A stretch of DNA of 60,031 nt, from positions 1 to 60,031 of the forward strand of contig DAOPJM010000009.1 of NCBI GenBank assembly GCA_035399665.1, in the 5' to 3' direction. The notes beneath the pieces were generated by a model. It was not told where the DNA came from, did not search any database, and was given only the letters and a program-made list of their open reading frames with translations. The position numbers were made by a program, and so were the translations under genes. This document shows positions 38,765-47,891 of this stretch, piece after piece; the stretch's first letter is position 1, and each line of letters begins with the position of its first letter. The DNA comes from Clostridia bacterium. Lineage in GTDB: Bacteria; Bacillota; Clostridia; Christensenellales; CAG-138.

Positions 38765-38857
38765 TGGCGGAGAAAGTGGGATTTGAACCCACGCACCGGT
38801 CAACCCAGTCTACTCCCTTAGCAGGGGAGCCCCTTATAGCCACTTGGGTATTTCTCC
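38765..38857 (-). tRNA. tRNA-Ser (GCT)
   Basis: Acceptor GGAGAAA/TTTCTCC, anticodon loop CTGCTAA, long variable arm, T-loop TTCAAAT, encoded CCA. Confidence 0.95.
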
Positions 38858-38870
38858 GTATTTAACGATT

Positions 38871-38958
38871 TGGCGGAGATGGTAGGATTTGAACCCACGG
38901 ATGTTTTCACATCAACGGTTTTCAAGACCGCCTCCTTAAACCCCTCGGACACATCTCC
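38871..38958 (-). tRNA. tRNA-Ser (TGA)
   Basis: Acceptor GGAGATG/CATCTCC, anticodon loop TTGAAAA region, long variable arm, T-loop TTCAAAT, encoded CCA. Confidence 0.95.
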
Positions 38959-38971
38959 CCGAACAAAATGT

Positions 38972-39000
38972 AGTATAGCAAACATTATTCAGATTGTCAA
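38972..39000 (-). promoter_or_regulatory. sigmaA promoter of the tRNA-Ser pair
   Basis: TTGACA-17-TATACT. Confidence 0.85.
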
Positions 39001-39084
39001 TTCAAAAATTCAATAAAAAAATTATGTTTTCAAATTCGACATGACATGCTATAATCAGTTTCATATATAAGGGGGGAGAGAGTA

Positions 39085-39918
39085 ATGAGAGCAGACGGAA
39101 GAAAGGTCAAGAATATCCCGCCCATGTACGCCGTTGCGGCGCACATCATGGCGAAGCGTTCCGATGCCTGCAACTCGATTGAGCTGAACATACCGATCGA
39201 GCCGATGCAGACTTACATCAACGCAAAAAGAAAACAAGGGAACTATTTTAGCCACCTAACGGTGGTAGTGGCTTCGGTGCTGAGAACAGCAGCGGAATAC
39301 CCGTACCTGAATCGTTTCGTTGTCAACAAGCACATCTATGCCCGCAAGGAGTTTGCGGTCGGCATGGTGGTACTGAAGGCGGGGGATATCGACGGAACGA
39401 TGAACAAGGTATACTTCGACCCGGGTGACACAATTTATGATGTTCAGCGCAAGATGGACGCGTACATTGAGGAGAATCGTATCCAGGGCGATACCAATTC
39501 CACGGACGACTTAATCAACAAGCTGCTGAAGGTACCCGGGCTTTGCAACATAGGCGTGAAGCTCTTCAAGCTGTTGGACAGGTATGGTCTGTTGCCATAC
39601 GATATCATCAAGGCAAGTCCGTTTCACACAAGCTTTGTTGTGACTAACTTGGCGTCAATCCGCACAAACCACATTTTCCACCATGTGTATGACTTCGGTA
39701 CTACAAGTATGATTCTTTCTATGGGAAATCTCCGAGAGGTTCCCAAGCGTATTCATGGCGAAATAGTTCATGAGCGTTGCTTGCCCATAGGCTTAGTCAT
39801 GGATGAGCGCATATGCTCAGGAACATATTACGCATTGGCATTCCGCAAGATGCGCGAATACCTCTTGAATCCCGCTCTGCTTGAAACGCCTCCCGAAGTT
39901 ATAAATGTAGACGTGTAA
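39085..39918 (+). CDS. Stand-alone 2-oxo-acid dehydrogenase E2 catalytic-domain-like protein (CAT fold), no lipoyl domain
   Basis: SFVVTNLAS aligns with E2 TFTISNLG; LPIGLVMDERICSG aligns with LSLSFDHRxxDG; 277 aa. Confidence 0.7.
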   Translation: MRADGRKVKNIPPMYAVAAHIMAKRSDACNSIELNIPIEPMQTYINAKRKQGNYFSHLTVVVASVLRTAAEYPYLNRFVVNKHIYARKEFAVGMVVLKAGDIDGTMNKVYFDPGDTIYDVQRKMDAYIEENRIQGDTNSTDDLINKLLKVPGLCNIGVKLFKLLDRYGLLPYDIIKASPFHTSFVVTNLASIRTNHIFHHVYDFGTTSMILSMGNLREVPKRIHGEIVHERCLPIGLVMDERICSGTYYALAFRKMREYLLNPALLETPPEVINVDV

Positions 39919-39931
39919 ATCTAAAGATATG

Positions 39932-39965
39932 AAAAGTCCCGCCTTTTGATGGGCGGGACTTTTTG
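39932..39965. terminator. Bidirectional terminator between E2-like and zinc-ribbon genes
   Basis: 12-bp stem AAAAGTCCCGCC/GGCGGGACTTTT. Confidence 0.85.
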
Positions 39966-39972
39966 TTGAGAT

Positions 39973-40269
39973 TTAGTAGCTTCTCCTCGAGGGGCCATTC
40001 TGCCTGCGCTTTCTGTAGCAATCCTCGCAATAGATAGGCTTATCGTTTCTCGGCTGGAATGGGACCTTCGTGGGAGCACCACAGCCTGCGCAAACGGCAT
40101 CGAACATTTCGCGTTCGGGCGTGCGGGGCTTCTTGCGAAGTCTTCTGCATTCCGGGCAACGAAGCGGCTCATTCTGGAAGTTCTGTTGTGCGTAGAAGTC
40201 CTGTTCTCCTGCGGAGAATACGAACTGCTTGCCGCAATCCTTGCATACCAATACTTTGTCTTCGAACAT
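39973..40269 (-). CDS. Small double zinc-ribbon protein (zf-trcl-like + CxxC-x17-CxxC domain)
   Basis: CKDCG..FVFSAGEQ.FY......NEPLRCPEC, then CAGC-17 aa-CEDC, Arg-rich tail; 98 aa from ATG 40269. Confidence 0.85.
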   Translation of the reverse strand: MFEDKVLVCKDCGKQFVFSAGEQDFYAQQNFQNEPLRCPECRRLRKKPRTPEREMFDAVCAGCGAPTKVPFQPRNDKPIYCEDCYRKRRQNGPSRRSY

Positions 40270-40273
40270 TGAG

Positions 40274-40302
40274 ATTAGATTTCCCTTCATGGAATTAGAT
40301 TT
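40274..40302 (-). repeat. Direct repeat AAATCTAAT x2 (20-nt period) flanking the RBS of the zinc-ribbon gene
   Basis: Plus-strand ATTAGATTT at 40274-40282 and 40294-40302. Confidence 0.7.
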
Positions 40303-40313
40303 TTTGCACCCAC

Positions 40314-40529
40314 AACCGGCTGACCTGATCTTTGACCCCACACTCGCCGACAGGAGGGTTCGCTCATAAGCTTTCGCTCCCCACTACTGCCCCTCTCGAT
40401 GTTGCCATCGGTCGGACTTACATCTAAGCCGCACCATGCTCACGGAAAATTCTTCCGCTTATGTGGATCGTTTAGCCTGCGACTGGCATCGACTAATGTC
40501 CGTTAAGACATGCAACCACAGACCCGATT
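40314..40529 (-). ncRNA. raiA motif RNA
   Basis: Contains the blocks I recall from clostridial raiA RNAs: GTCGATGCCAGTCGCAGGC.AAACGATCCAC.TAAG, GAGCATGGTGCGGCTTAGA.GTAAGTCC, AGTAGTG, GCGAA.C, GGCGAGTGTGGGGTCAAAGA.CAGGTCA; ends can pair (AATCGG/CCGGTT). Boundaries approximate. Confidence 0.9.
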
Positions 40530-40543
40530 CCGGATACCACTAC

Positions 40544-40572
40544 ATTATAAACTACATAATCTCAAAAAGCAA
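40544..40572 (-). promoter_or_regulatory. sigmaA promoter of the raiA RNA
   Basis: TTGCTT-17-TATAAT, predicted +1 ~40537. Confidence 0.75.
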
Positions 40573-40616
40573 ACATTATTTTATGTAAATAGCCCACTTT
40601 TCGAAATATATTTTTT

Positions 40617-41189
40617 CTACAAGCTGTGCGGGTTTTGCGCGGTTTCATATTGCGCCCTCGGACCGCCCACATACTTCGGCCTTGTATAAGCAAGCACGAG
40701 GTTTGCGTCTCCAACCTTGCGCTGAGCGCAGTGCAGGGGAACCGCTACCGCCCTAAGGTGCATACCTATCAAAGTGTCGCCTACGTCCATCGCAAGAGTG
40801 GCTTGAGCCTTTAGGTCCTCTACCATAAGACCTTCGTCAGTTCTTGACAAAGCTTCTGTAACGCAAGCGCCGCCGGCGTGAAGCCAAGGCTTGACCCAAA
40901 CGTGCTGAAGGTTATACTGTTCCATGCACTTGTGGCTCACGCAAAGGCAGCGATTGATATGCTCGCAGCCTTGTACAGCCAAGAATATTCCATATTCTTC
41001 GACCACGGGAAGAACTCCGTCCAGTATGGCTTTGGCAACGTCCTCGCTTGAAGACGAGCCAATGCGCTTTCCCTGTACCTCGGAAGTCGAGCAGCCAAGA
41101 ACCATAAGCTCGCCCTTTTGAGGCTTTGCAACTTCAAGCAGCGCCCTAATCGCGCTCTCCGCTTGTTCCCTGATTAAACTTAGTTCCAT
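40617..41189 (-). CDS. ywlG: UPF0340/TIGR01440 family protein (YwlG-like)
   Basis: VLGCSTSEV.GKRIG, LAVQGCEHINR, HAGG, DVGDTLIGMHL, RPKYVGGPRA. Confidence 0.9.
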   Translation of the reverse strand: MELSLIREQAESAIRALLEVAKPQKGELMVLGCSTSEVQGKRIGSSSSEDVAKAILDGVLPVVEEYGIFLAVQGCEHINRCLCVSHKCMEQYNLQHVWVKPWLHAGGACVTEALSRTDEGLMVEDLKAQATLAMDVGDTLIGMHLRAVAVPLHCAQRKVGDANLVLAYTRPKYVGGPRAQYETAQNPHSL

Positions 41190-41199
41190 AAAACACCTC

Positions 41200-44100
41200 C
41201 TAAACGTTCTGACGCTTTTTGCGCATTATGACCACAATGACAGCGGCAACGACAATCGCCGCAGCAATCGCCATAATGATAATTATCCACGGTGAGAGAA
41301 CTGTCCCGCTGTCCTCGGCCGTTTCGGAAGCCGCAGTTGTATCTACCCTAAGCTCATGATAGGCGCCCTTTACAAGCACCATCGCGGAAATAGCGCTTAC
41401 GCTGACACTTCCCGAGACGCTTTCTATGGGCTTAGTACCGGCCTGAACGTCGTTAACATAAACATCCCACTCGCCTTCGGGCAGGGCTATTTCTATCGCC
41501 TCGCGATTGGCGTTGTACACAACGAACAGCGCTTCGGCCATCTCTCCGTTAGGGCTATTCTCTATCGTATACGCAACCACATTCGCAGGAAGATCGCTAA
41601 CGAAGCTTAGGTTGTCCGATATCTCCTTTGTAGTGGTGAGCCGCAGCGCGGAATGTTCCTTGCGGAATGCTATCAAGCCCTTGTAGTACTCGTATACGTC
41701 AGAGTACTGATCCAAGCGGTTCCACCTTAATGCATTGGTGTAGTCCGAAGACTTGTAGCTGTTTGAGTCGAAGCCTCCGTTCAATGCAGGTTTGCTCCTC
41801 AAAATCTCCTCGCCCGCTTGCATAAATGGTATGCCCTGACAAGTCTGAATGATAGCCGCGGCAAGCTTGTTCATGCGTATACGCGTTGCTTCATCGTCGT
41901 CTGTGTTCGATGATGCTATCTTATCCCACAACGAGAGATTGTCATGAGCCGAGCAGTAGCTTATGCATTGCAGGGGACTGCCCGCCCAATAGATGCTTGA
42001 ATAATTGACCTTGCTGTAATCCACCTGCGAATGCAAGGTTGCCGCGACTACGCCAAACTTTATAGTCTCCTCGAGACCCGCAGCGCCGGTGACAAAGCCC
42101 TTTTCCGTGGAGTTGAACACGCTTCCCTTGATTCCGTCGCGGATATCGTCCGAGAACGCGGCAATGCGGTTTAGAGCCATGGTGTTGGCTTTGAGCGCAC
42201 GTTCGCTTTCATCAAGCGGGGAAGATGAGGAGGTCCAGCCCTCGCCATAAACAAGTATTGTCGGGTCGATAACATCTAAAGCTTCACGCACAGCGTTCAT
42301 GGTTTCGATATCGTGTATACCCATTAAGTCAAAGCGGAAGCCGTCTATGTGATACTCAGTTGCCCAATAGACCACCGAATCGACGATGTACTTACGCACC
42401 ATGGCTCGTTCGGAGGCCGTCTCATTTCCGCAGCCCGAAGCGTTGGAATAAGCTCCGTCCACCATACGGTAGTAGTATTCAGGCACGGTAAGACTGAACC
42501 AAGAATCCTCGGTAGCAGAAGTGTGATTGTACACCACGTCCATGACCACACGAATTCCGTTCTCATGCAGGGCCTGAACCATGCGTTTGAACTCGTATAT
42601 GCGTACCTCGCCGGCATATGGGTTAGTGGAATACGAGCCCTCAGGTACATTATAGTTCTTAGGGTCGTAACCCCAGTTGAATTGCTCCTCATCAAGCTTA
42701 GTCTCGTCTATGGTCGCGAAGTCGAACACAGGCAAAAGATGAACATGGGTTATTCCAAGTTCCTTCAGGTGATCCACGCCGGTTGCCGTACCGCCGCTCG
42801 TAGTGGTTCCGCTTTCGGTAAACGCAAGGTACTTGCCCTTGTAGGTCATATTGCCGGCAGGATCGATTGAGAAATCACGAACGTGCAGCTCGTAAATCTC
42901 GGCGTCGGTGCTGTTGACAAATGTAGGTTTTTTATCCTTGTCCCATCCATCCGGATCGGTGGAGTTAAGGTCTATCACCATACCCCTGTCGCCGTTGATG
43001 CCCACAGCCTTTGCGTAGACGTCAACGGTTTCATTTGTCTTGCCGTTTAACGTTACAAGATAGGTATAGTAAGTTCCGCCAAGATTGCCGTCATAGATCA
43101 AAGCCCAAGTTCCGTTGTCGGACTTTTCCATGGGAATGGTCTCGATTAGGTTATCACCGTCGCCGTTCTCATAAAGCGCGACATTGACTGTTGTGGCGGT
43201 AGGTGCCCAAACTCTAAAGCAGGTGTTGTCCTTAAGTATGACTGCTCCAAGATCATTACCTAAATAGCTGTATGCGGCTTCGAACTCATCCGTATCGAAC
43301 AGCTCGGACATTGAAACCGATATCTCGCCATAGACTGCGTTTTGCAGCGTATAGCCTTTGCCCATGTCTATGCCGTTCTCAAGGGTTGCTGTAATAGCGG
43401 CGGAGTTGTCTGCGGCTTGCTTTATGGTTTTGATCTCTGTCACGCTGCCATTGTCCGCGCTTAATAGGAATTCATCTGCTTTGACGTCATCCGGCGCGAC
43501 GGTCAAGACAAAGCTCACGGTGTTGAGGTCAATGAACTTCGCTGAGAGAAACTTGGGAGTGAGGTCAACGTCCTCCAAAGCGTAGTAAACGTTGCTGTCA
43601 CCCGTCACCAGCCAAATGTTGAGGGTATCGTCAACCGCATACTCCACTGACATAAACCTGTCGTCCGCAACATCCTTCTGCTCCCATTCGTTAAGGCGGA
43701 CGATGAAGCCCAAGCTTTCGACCCCCGTCATATCCTCTATACCGAGGCTGATTACCGCTCCGAAATCATCATATGAGCTTATGCCATAAGCCGCCCCGTC
43801 CTGTCCTTCCTTCCACAGCCAAAGGTTCCAGCCATCGTAATTGCCGTCATAGCGGCGATAGTGGACATTGACCTTGAACGCGCCCTCAATGTTGGCGGAT
43901 TCCATATTTTCCTGTTGAACGGCTTCATAGTCGTAAGGCGTACACCCTTCGGGAGTTGTATAAGCGAACTCAGTAACACCGCTGTAAATCCATATCTCGG
44001 TTCGTTCGCTCGTTAAGCTGATGAACCTGTCCTGCTCGACGTCCTTCTTCTCCCAATCGTTGAGCCTAACTATGACGCCAACCTTACTCACGGAAGTATC

Positions 44101-44322
44101 ACAGGTGTATACGGCGACTTTTCCGAAGTCGTCATCGTCGGAGAAGCTTATCTGCTTACCTGATGCGCCGTCGTTCCAGAGCCAGAGATTCCAGCCGGTA
44201 TAATCAGCGTCGTCGCGGTGATAGTGAACTATAATGAGATTTTTGTTATCCGCAAATGATACCGCCGTGAAAAGCGGTACCATAAGCAGAACAACGAGTA
44301 TAGCGGCGATGAAACGTTTCAT
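41200..44322 (-). CDS. pulA: Surface-anchored type I pullulanase (2x CBM41, CBM48, GH13)
   Basis: Signal peptide; two VHY.R.D..Y.GWNLWLW repeats; FRVWAPTA; NWGYDP, DVVYNH, GFRFDLMG, YGEGW, HDN; C-terminal TM + RKKR. Confidence 0.93.
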   Translation of the reverse strand: MKRFIAAILVVLLMVPLFTAVSFADNKNLIIVHYHRDDADYTGWNLWLWNDGASGKQISFSDDDDFGKVAVYTCDTSVSKVGVIVRLNDWEKKDVEQDRFISLTSERTEIWIYSGVTEFAYTTPEGCTPYDYEAVQQENMESANIEGAFKVNVHYRRYDGNYDGWNLWLWKEGQDGAAYGISSYDDFGAVISLGIEDMTGVESLGFIVRLNEWEQKDVADDRFMSVEYAVDDTLNIWLVTGDSNVYYALEDVDLTPKFLSAKFIDLNTVSFVLTVAPDDVKADEFLLSADNGSVTEIKTIKQAADNSAAITATLENGIDMGKGYTLQNAVYGEISVSMSELFDTDEFEAAYSYLGNDLGAVILKDNTCFRVWAPTATTVNVALYENGDGDNLIETIPMEKSDNGTWALIYDGNLGGTYYTYLVTLNGKTNETVDVYAKAVGINGDRGMVIDLNSTDPDGWDKDKKPTFVNSTDAEIYELHVRDFSIDPAGNMTYKGKYLAFTESGTTTSGGTATGVDHLKELGITHVHLLPVFDFATIDETKLDEEQFNWGYDPKNYNVPEGSYSTNPYAGEVRIYEFKRMVQALHENGIRVVMDVVYNHTSATEDSWFSLTVPEYYYRMVDGAYSNASGCGNETASERAMVRKYIVDSVVYWATEYHIDGFRFDLMGIHDIETMNAVREALDVIDPTILVYGEGWTSSSSPLDESERALKANTMALNRIAAFSDDIRDGIKGSVFNSTEKGFVTGAAGLEETIKFGVVAATLHSQVDYSKVNYSSIYWAGSPLQCISYCSAHDNLSLWDKIASSNTDDDEATRIRMNKLAAAIIQTCQGIPFMQAGEEILRSKPALNGGFDSNSYKSSDYTNALRWNRLDQYSDVYEYYKGLIAFRKEHSALRLTTTKEISDNLSFVSDLPANVVAYTIENSPNGEMAEALFVVYNANREAIEIALPEGEWDVYVNDVQAGTKPIESVSGSVSVSAISAMVLVKGAYHELRVDTTAASETAEDSGTVLSPWIIIIMAIAAAIVVAAVIVVIMRKKRQNV

Positions 44323-44345
44323 GATTTCCCTCCGTTACCATGCAT

Positions 44346-45902
44346 TCAAATGTGATTTTTGTGTTCTATCAGCGAGGTCCCCGTCATGGCTTCCGGCTTT
44401 TTAACACCCATAAGCTCAAGCAGGGTAGGGGCAAGGTCGCTGAGCCTGCCGCCTTCACGAAGCGTAACATTCCTTCGGGCGTCGTCAACCAATATGCAGG
44501 GTACGGGGTTGGTTGTGTGCGCTGTAAACGGCACGTTCTCCGCCTTGTCCCACATCAGTTCACAGTTACCGTGGTCAGCTGTAATAATGCAGCTTCCGCC
44601 GTTGCGTCTGATGGCGTCAACGACCTTTTCGACGCATTGATCTACCGCATGAACGGCGGCGGTCGCGGCTTCCATCACACCCGTATGGCCTACCATATCA
44701 GGGTTGGCAAAGTTCAGTATCATGAGATCATACTTGCCGGAATCAATCCTGCGCACAGCTTCATCCGCTACTTCATAAGCGCTCATCTCGGGCTTGAGGT
44801 CATAGGTCGCTACCTTAGGAGAAGGGATCAACGCCCTGTCCTCACCTGCGTTGGGCGCTTCAACTCCGCCGTTGAAGAAGAAGGTAACGTGCGCGTACTT
44901 CTCGGTCTCGGCAATCCTAAGCTGGGTCTTGCCGAGACTTGCGACGTACTCGCCCAAGGTATCATTCAAGCTGCGCGGCGGAAAGGCAATACTCAGCTTA
45001 TCAGCGAACGACTTGTCATACTGCGTCATCGAGACATAGCAGAGCGGGAAAAGACCGTTCCTGCGCTCAAAACCGTCGAAGTCGGGGAAGAGATACGCTC
45101 TGGTGATTTCACGCGCTCTGTCGGGACGGAAGTTGAAGAATATTACGCTGTCATTGGCCGAGATAACCGCGGTGGGTTTGCCATTATGTGTAATGACGGT
45201 AGGCTGAACGAACTCATCAGTCTCTCCTCTGTCATAAGCGGCCTGCATGGCGTCTTCAGCGCTGTCTGCGTTGAAACCCTCCCCGTAGGTCATGGCGGCG
45301 TATGCTCGCTGAACACGCTCAAAACGGTTATCCCTGTCCATAGCGTAATACCTGCCAATGACTGTTGCTATGCTGCCGCAGCCAATCTCGGTTAACTTCT
45401 CATCCAGCTTCTGCACATAGCCCTTTCCACTTGAGGGCGGAACATCTCTGCCGTCCATAAAGCAATGGACATATACCTTGTCAAGACCGCTGTCCTTTGC
45501 AAGCTTTACCAAAGCATAGACATGGTCCAAGTGGCTGTGAACGCCGCCGTCCGAGCAAAGACCCATAAGGTGCAGAGCGGTGCCATGCTCCCTGCAATTG
45601 CTGATTGCCTTCAGGAAGGCGGGATTTGTGAAGAAATCCCCATCCCTAATGGCTTTTGTGATGCGAGTGAAGTCCTGATACACGATACGTCCGGCTCCGA
45701 TGTTCATATGTCCAACCTCGGAGTTGCCCATCTGTCCGTCGGGAAGCCCTACGTCCATACCGCTTGCCGCGATGAGCGTGTGGGGATAATCGTCCCAAAG
45801 CCTTTTAACGTTCTTAACGCCATCGGTTAAGATGGCGTTATAGTCGGCTTCAAGTCTGTAACCAAAGCCGTCAAGGATAATCAGTGCTGTGAGGGTCTTC
45901 AT
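44346..45902 (-). CDS. gpmI: 2,3-bisphosphoglycerate-independent phosphoglycerate mutase
   Basis: LIILDGFG, QMGNSEVGH, GGVHSH, GRYYAMDRD, ETEKYAHVT, NPDMVGH, TADHGN. Confidence 0.97.
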   Translation of the reverse strand: MKTLTALIILDGFGYRLEADYNAILTDGVKNVKRLWDDYPHTLIAASGMDVGLPDGQMGNSEVGHMNIGAGRIVYQDFTRITKAIRDGDFFTNPAFLKAISNCREHGTALHLMGLCSDGGVHSHLDHVYALVKLAKDSGLDKVYVHCFMDGRDVPPSSGKGYVQKLDEKLTEIGCGSIATVIGRYYAMDRDNRFERVQRAYAAMTYGEGFNADSAEDAMQAAYDRGETDEFVQPTVITHNGKPTAVISANDSVIFFNFRPDRAREITRAYLFPDFDGFERRNGLFPLCYVSMTQYDKSFADKLSIAFPPRSLNDTLGEYVASLGKTQLRIAETEKYAHVTFFFNGGVEAPNAGEDRALIPSPKVATYDLKPEMSAYEVADEAVRRIDSGKYDLMILNFANPDMVGHTGVMEAATAAVHAVDQCVEKVVDAIRRNGGSCIITADHGNCELMWDKAENVPFTAHTTNPVPCILVDDARRNVTLREGGRLSDLAPTLLELMGVKKPEAMTGTSLIEHKNHI

Positions 45903-46648
45903 TTGTAACAGACCACCTTGGAGAAGTTATCGGCCTTCAAGGAAGCACCGCCGATAAGACCGCCGTCAATCTCATCCATAGACATTAGCTCCGCAACGTT
46001 CTTCGGGTTCATGCTTCCGCCGTACTGAATGCGAAGCATTTCAGCTTCTGTCTTGCCATACATCGCCGCGACAGCGTTTCTGACCACACCTATGGTTCTG
46101 TTGGCTTCCTCGGCCGTGGCGGTTTTGCCTGTACCGATAGCCCAAATTGGCTCATATGCTACAACCAGCTTGGTAAGCTCGTTTGCGCTCATTCCCTCAA
46201 GAGCCGCAGTTATCTGCATAGAAACAACCTTATCGGCAATACCTTCCTCACGCTGCTCCAAGGTTTCCCCGATGCAGATGATGGGAATCAGTCCGCCATT
46301 TAACGCGGCTCTTGCGCGAAGATTGACAGTTTTGTCCGTTTCGCCAAAGTACTGTCTGCGCTCGCTGTGTCCGACTATGACGTACTCTGCGCCAATCTCC
46401 TTGAGCATGTCAACGGAGACTTCTCCAGTGTATGCGCCCGACGCCGCCCAATGCACATTTTGTGCGCCAAGATGCACGTTGCTGCCCTTCAACAGGGGAG
46501 CGACATATCCTAAATCCACGAAGGGCGGACACACTACTACGTCACAGGGGGCGTTCTTTACCAAGGGGATAAGCTCATCAACGAGCTTTACCGCTTCCTT
46601 GGGGGTCAAGTTCATTTTCCAGTTTCCGGCTATAATAGGTCTTCTCAT
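45899..46648 (-). CDS. tpiA: Triosephosphate isomerase
   Basis: IAGNWKM, GAYTGE, GHSERR, AYEPIWAIGTG, QYGGS, GGASL; alternative ATG at 46654. Confidence 0.98.
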   Translation of the reverse strand: MRRPIIAGNWKMNLTPKEAVKLVDELIPLVKNAPCDVVVCPPFVDLGYVAPLLKGSNVHLGAQNVHWAASGAYTGEVSVDMLKEIGAEYVIVGHSERRQYFGETDKTVNLRARAALNGGLIPIICIGETLEQREEGIADKVVSMQITAALEGMSANELTKLVVAYEPIWAIGTGKTATAEEANRTIGVVRNAVAAMYGKTEAEMLRIQYGGSMNPKNVAELMSMDEIDGGLIGGASLKADNFSKVVCYK

Positions 46649-46678
46649 AATCATTTCCTCCGATTGTCTGTCGATTTA

Positions 46679-47866
46679 CTACTTATCGTTCAGCGCGGCG
46701 ATGCCGGGCAGGGTCTTGCCCTCGAGAAACTCGAGCGATGCTCCGCCGCCTGTTGATATATGGGTCATGCGATCGGCATAGCCGAGCTTCTTCACAGCGG
46801 AAGATGAGTCGCCGCCGCCGATAATGGTCACGCCCTTGCACTCCGCGCAGGCTTTTGCAACGCCTTCGGTGCCTTTTGCAAAGTTGGAGAACTCAAACAC
46901 ACCCATGGGACCGTTCCATACCACTGTTCCGGCGTTTAGAATAGTCTTGCTGAACAGCTCCACAGTCTTTTCGCCGATGTCAAGGCCCATCCAAGCTTCA
47001 GGAATGGCGTCGGCGTCTACGGTCTTGAAGGCGGCGTCGTTTTCGAATCTGTCCGCAACCACGATATCGACGGGCAAAAGCAGAGCAACGCCCTTTTCCT
47101 TGGCCTGTTCGATAAGACTTGCGGCAAGCTCAACGTTTTCCGCGTCCAGCATGGATGAACCAATCTCATAGCCCTTCGCCTTCAAGAAGGTAAAGGCCAT
47201 GCCTCCGCCGATGATGAGCGAGTCACACTTGGACAGCAGATTGGTGATGACGCCGATCTTGTCCGCTACCTTGGCTCCGCCCAAAATCGCCACAAACGGT
47301 CTGTCGGGGTCTTCAAGAGCCTTGCCCATGATGCTTAGCTCTTTGCCGATGAGAAAGCCCGAGACTGCGGGAAGGTATGCCGCAACGCCTGCCGTGGAAG
47401 CGTGTGCGCGATGAACCGTTCCGAAAGCGTCGGAAACATAGACGTCCGCAAGCGAGGCGAGCTGACGCGCAAACTCAGGATCGTTTTCGGTTTCACCCTT
47501 CTCAAAGCGAACATTCTCGAGCATGACTATCTCGCCGTCCTTCATATCGTCGATAGCGGCCCTTGCGCTTTCGCCTACTACATCGTCTGCCATCCAGACA
47601 TTCACATCGGGCAGCAGCTCTGAGAGCCTCGCTGCAGCGGGAGCTACGGAATACTTGGGGTCAGGTTTACCCTTGGGTCTGCCAAGGTGAGTTGCGAGGA
47701 TGACCTTCGCACCCTGCTCAAGCAAATACTTGATTGTGGGTAGCGCCGCGACGATACGCGTGTCGTCTGCGACCTGCAAATCGGAAGTCAAGGGGACGTT
47801 GAAGTCAACTCTGACAAGTACTTTCTTGCCTTTGACGTCGATGTCGGTTACTGTCTTTTTAGCCAT
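46679..47866 (-). CDS. pgk: Phosphoglycerate kinase
   Basis: [54 protein letters not shown]. Confidence 0.98.
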   Translation of the reverse strand: MAKKTVTDIDVKGKKVLVRVDFNVPLTSDLQVADDTRIVAALPTIKYLLEQGAKVILATHLGRPKGKPDPKYSVAPAAARLSELLPDVNVWMADDVVGESARAAIDDMKDGEIVMLENVRFEKGETENDPEFARQLASLADVYVSDAFGTVHRAHASTAGVAAYLPAVSGFLIGKELSIMGKALEDPDRPFVAILGGAKVADKIGVITNLLSKCDSLIIGGGMAFTFLKAKGYEIGSSMLDAENVELAASLIEQAKEKGVALLLPVDIVVADRFENDAAFKTVDADAIPEAWMGLDIGEKTVELFSKTILNAGTVVWNGPMGVFEFSNFAKGTEGVAKACAECKGVTIIGGGDSSSAVKKLGYADRMTHISTGGGASLEFLEGKTLPGIAALNDK

Positions 47867-47891
47867 AATGATTATCTCCTTTCGACCATAT

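Noticed and set aside
44309-44322. Perfect palindrome ATGAAACGTTTCAT over the pulA start, LacI-operator-like, with partial echoes at the malQ (17925-17935) and dockerin gene (18939-18950) starts
   Set aside because: It is simply the coding for M-K-R-F; the unrelated dockerin gene starts the same way, so a shared operator is not supported.
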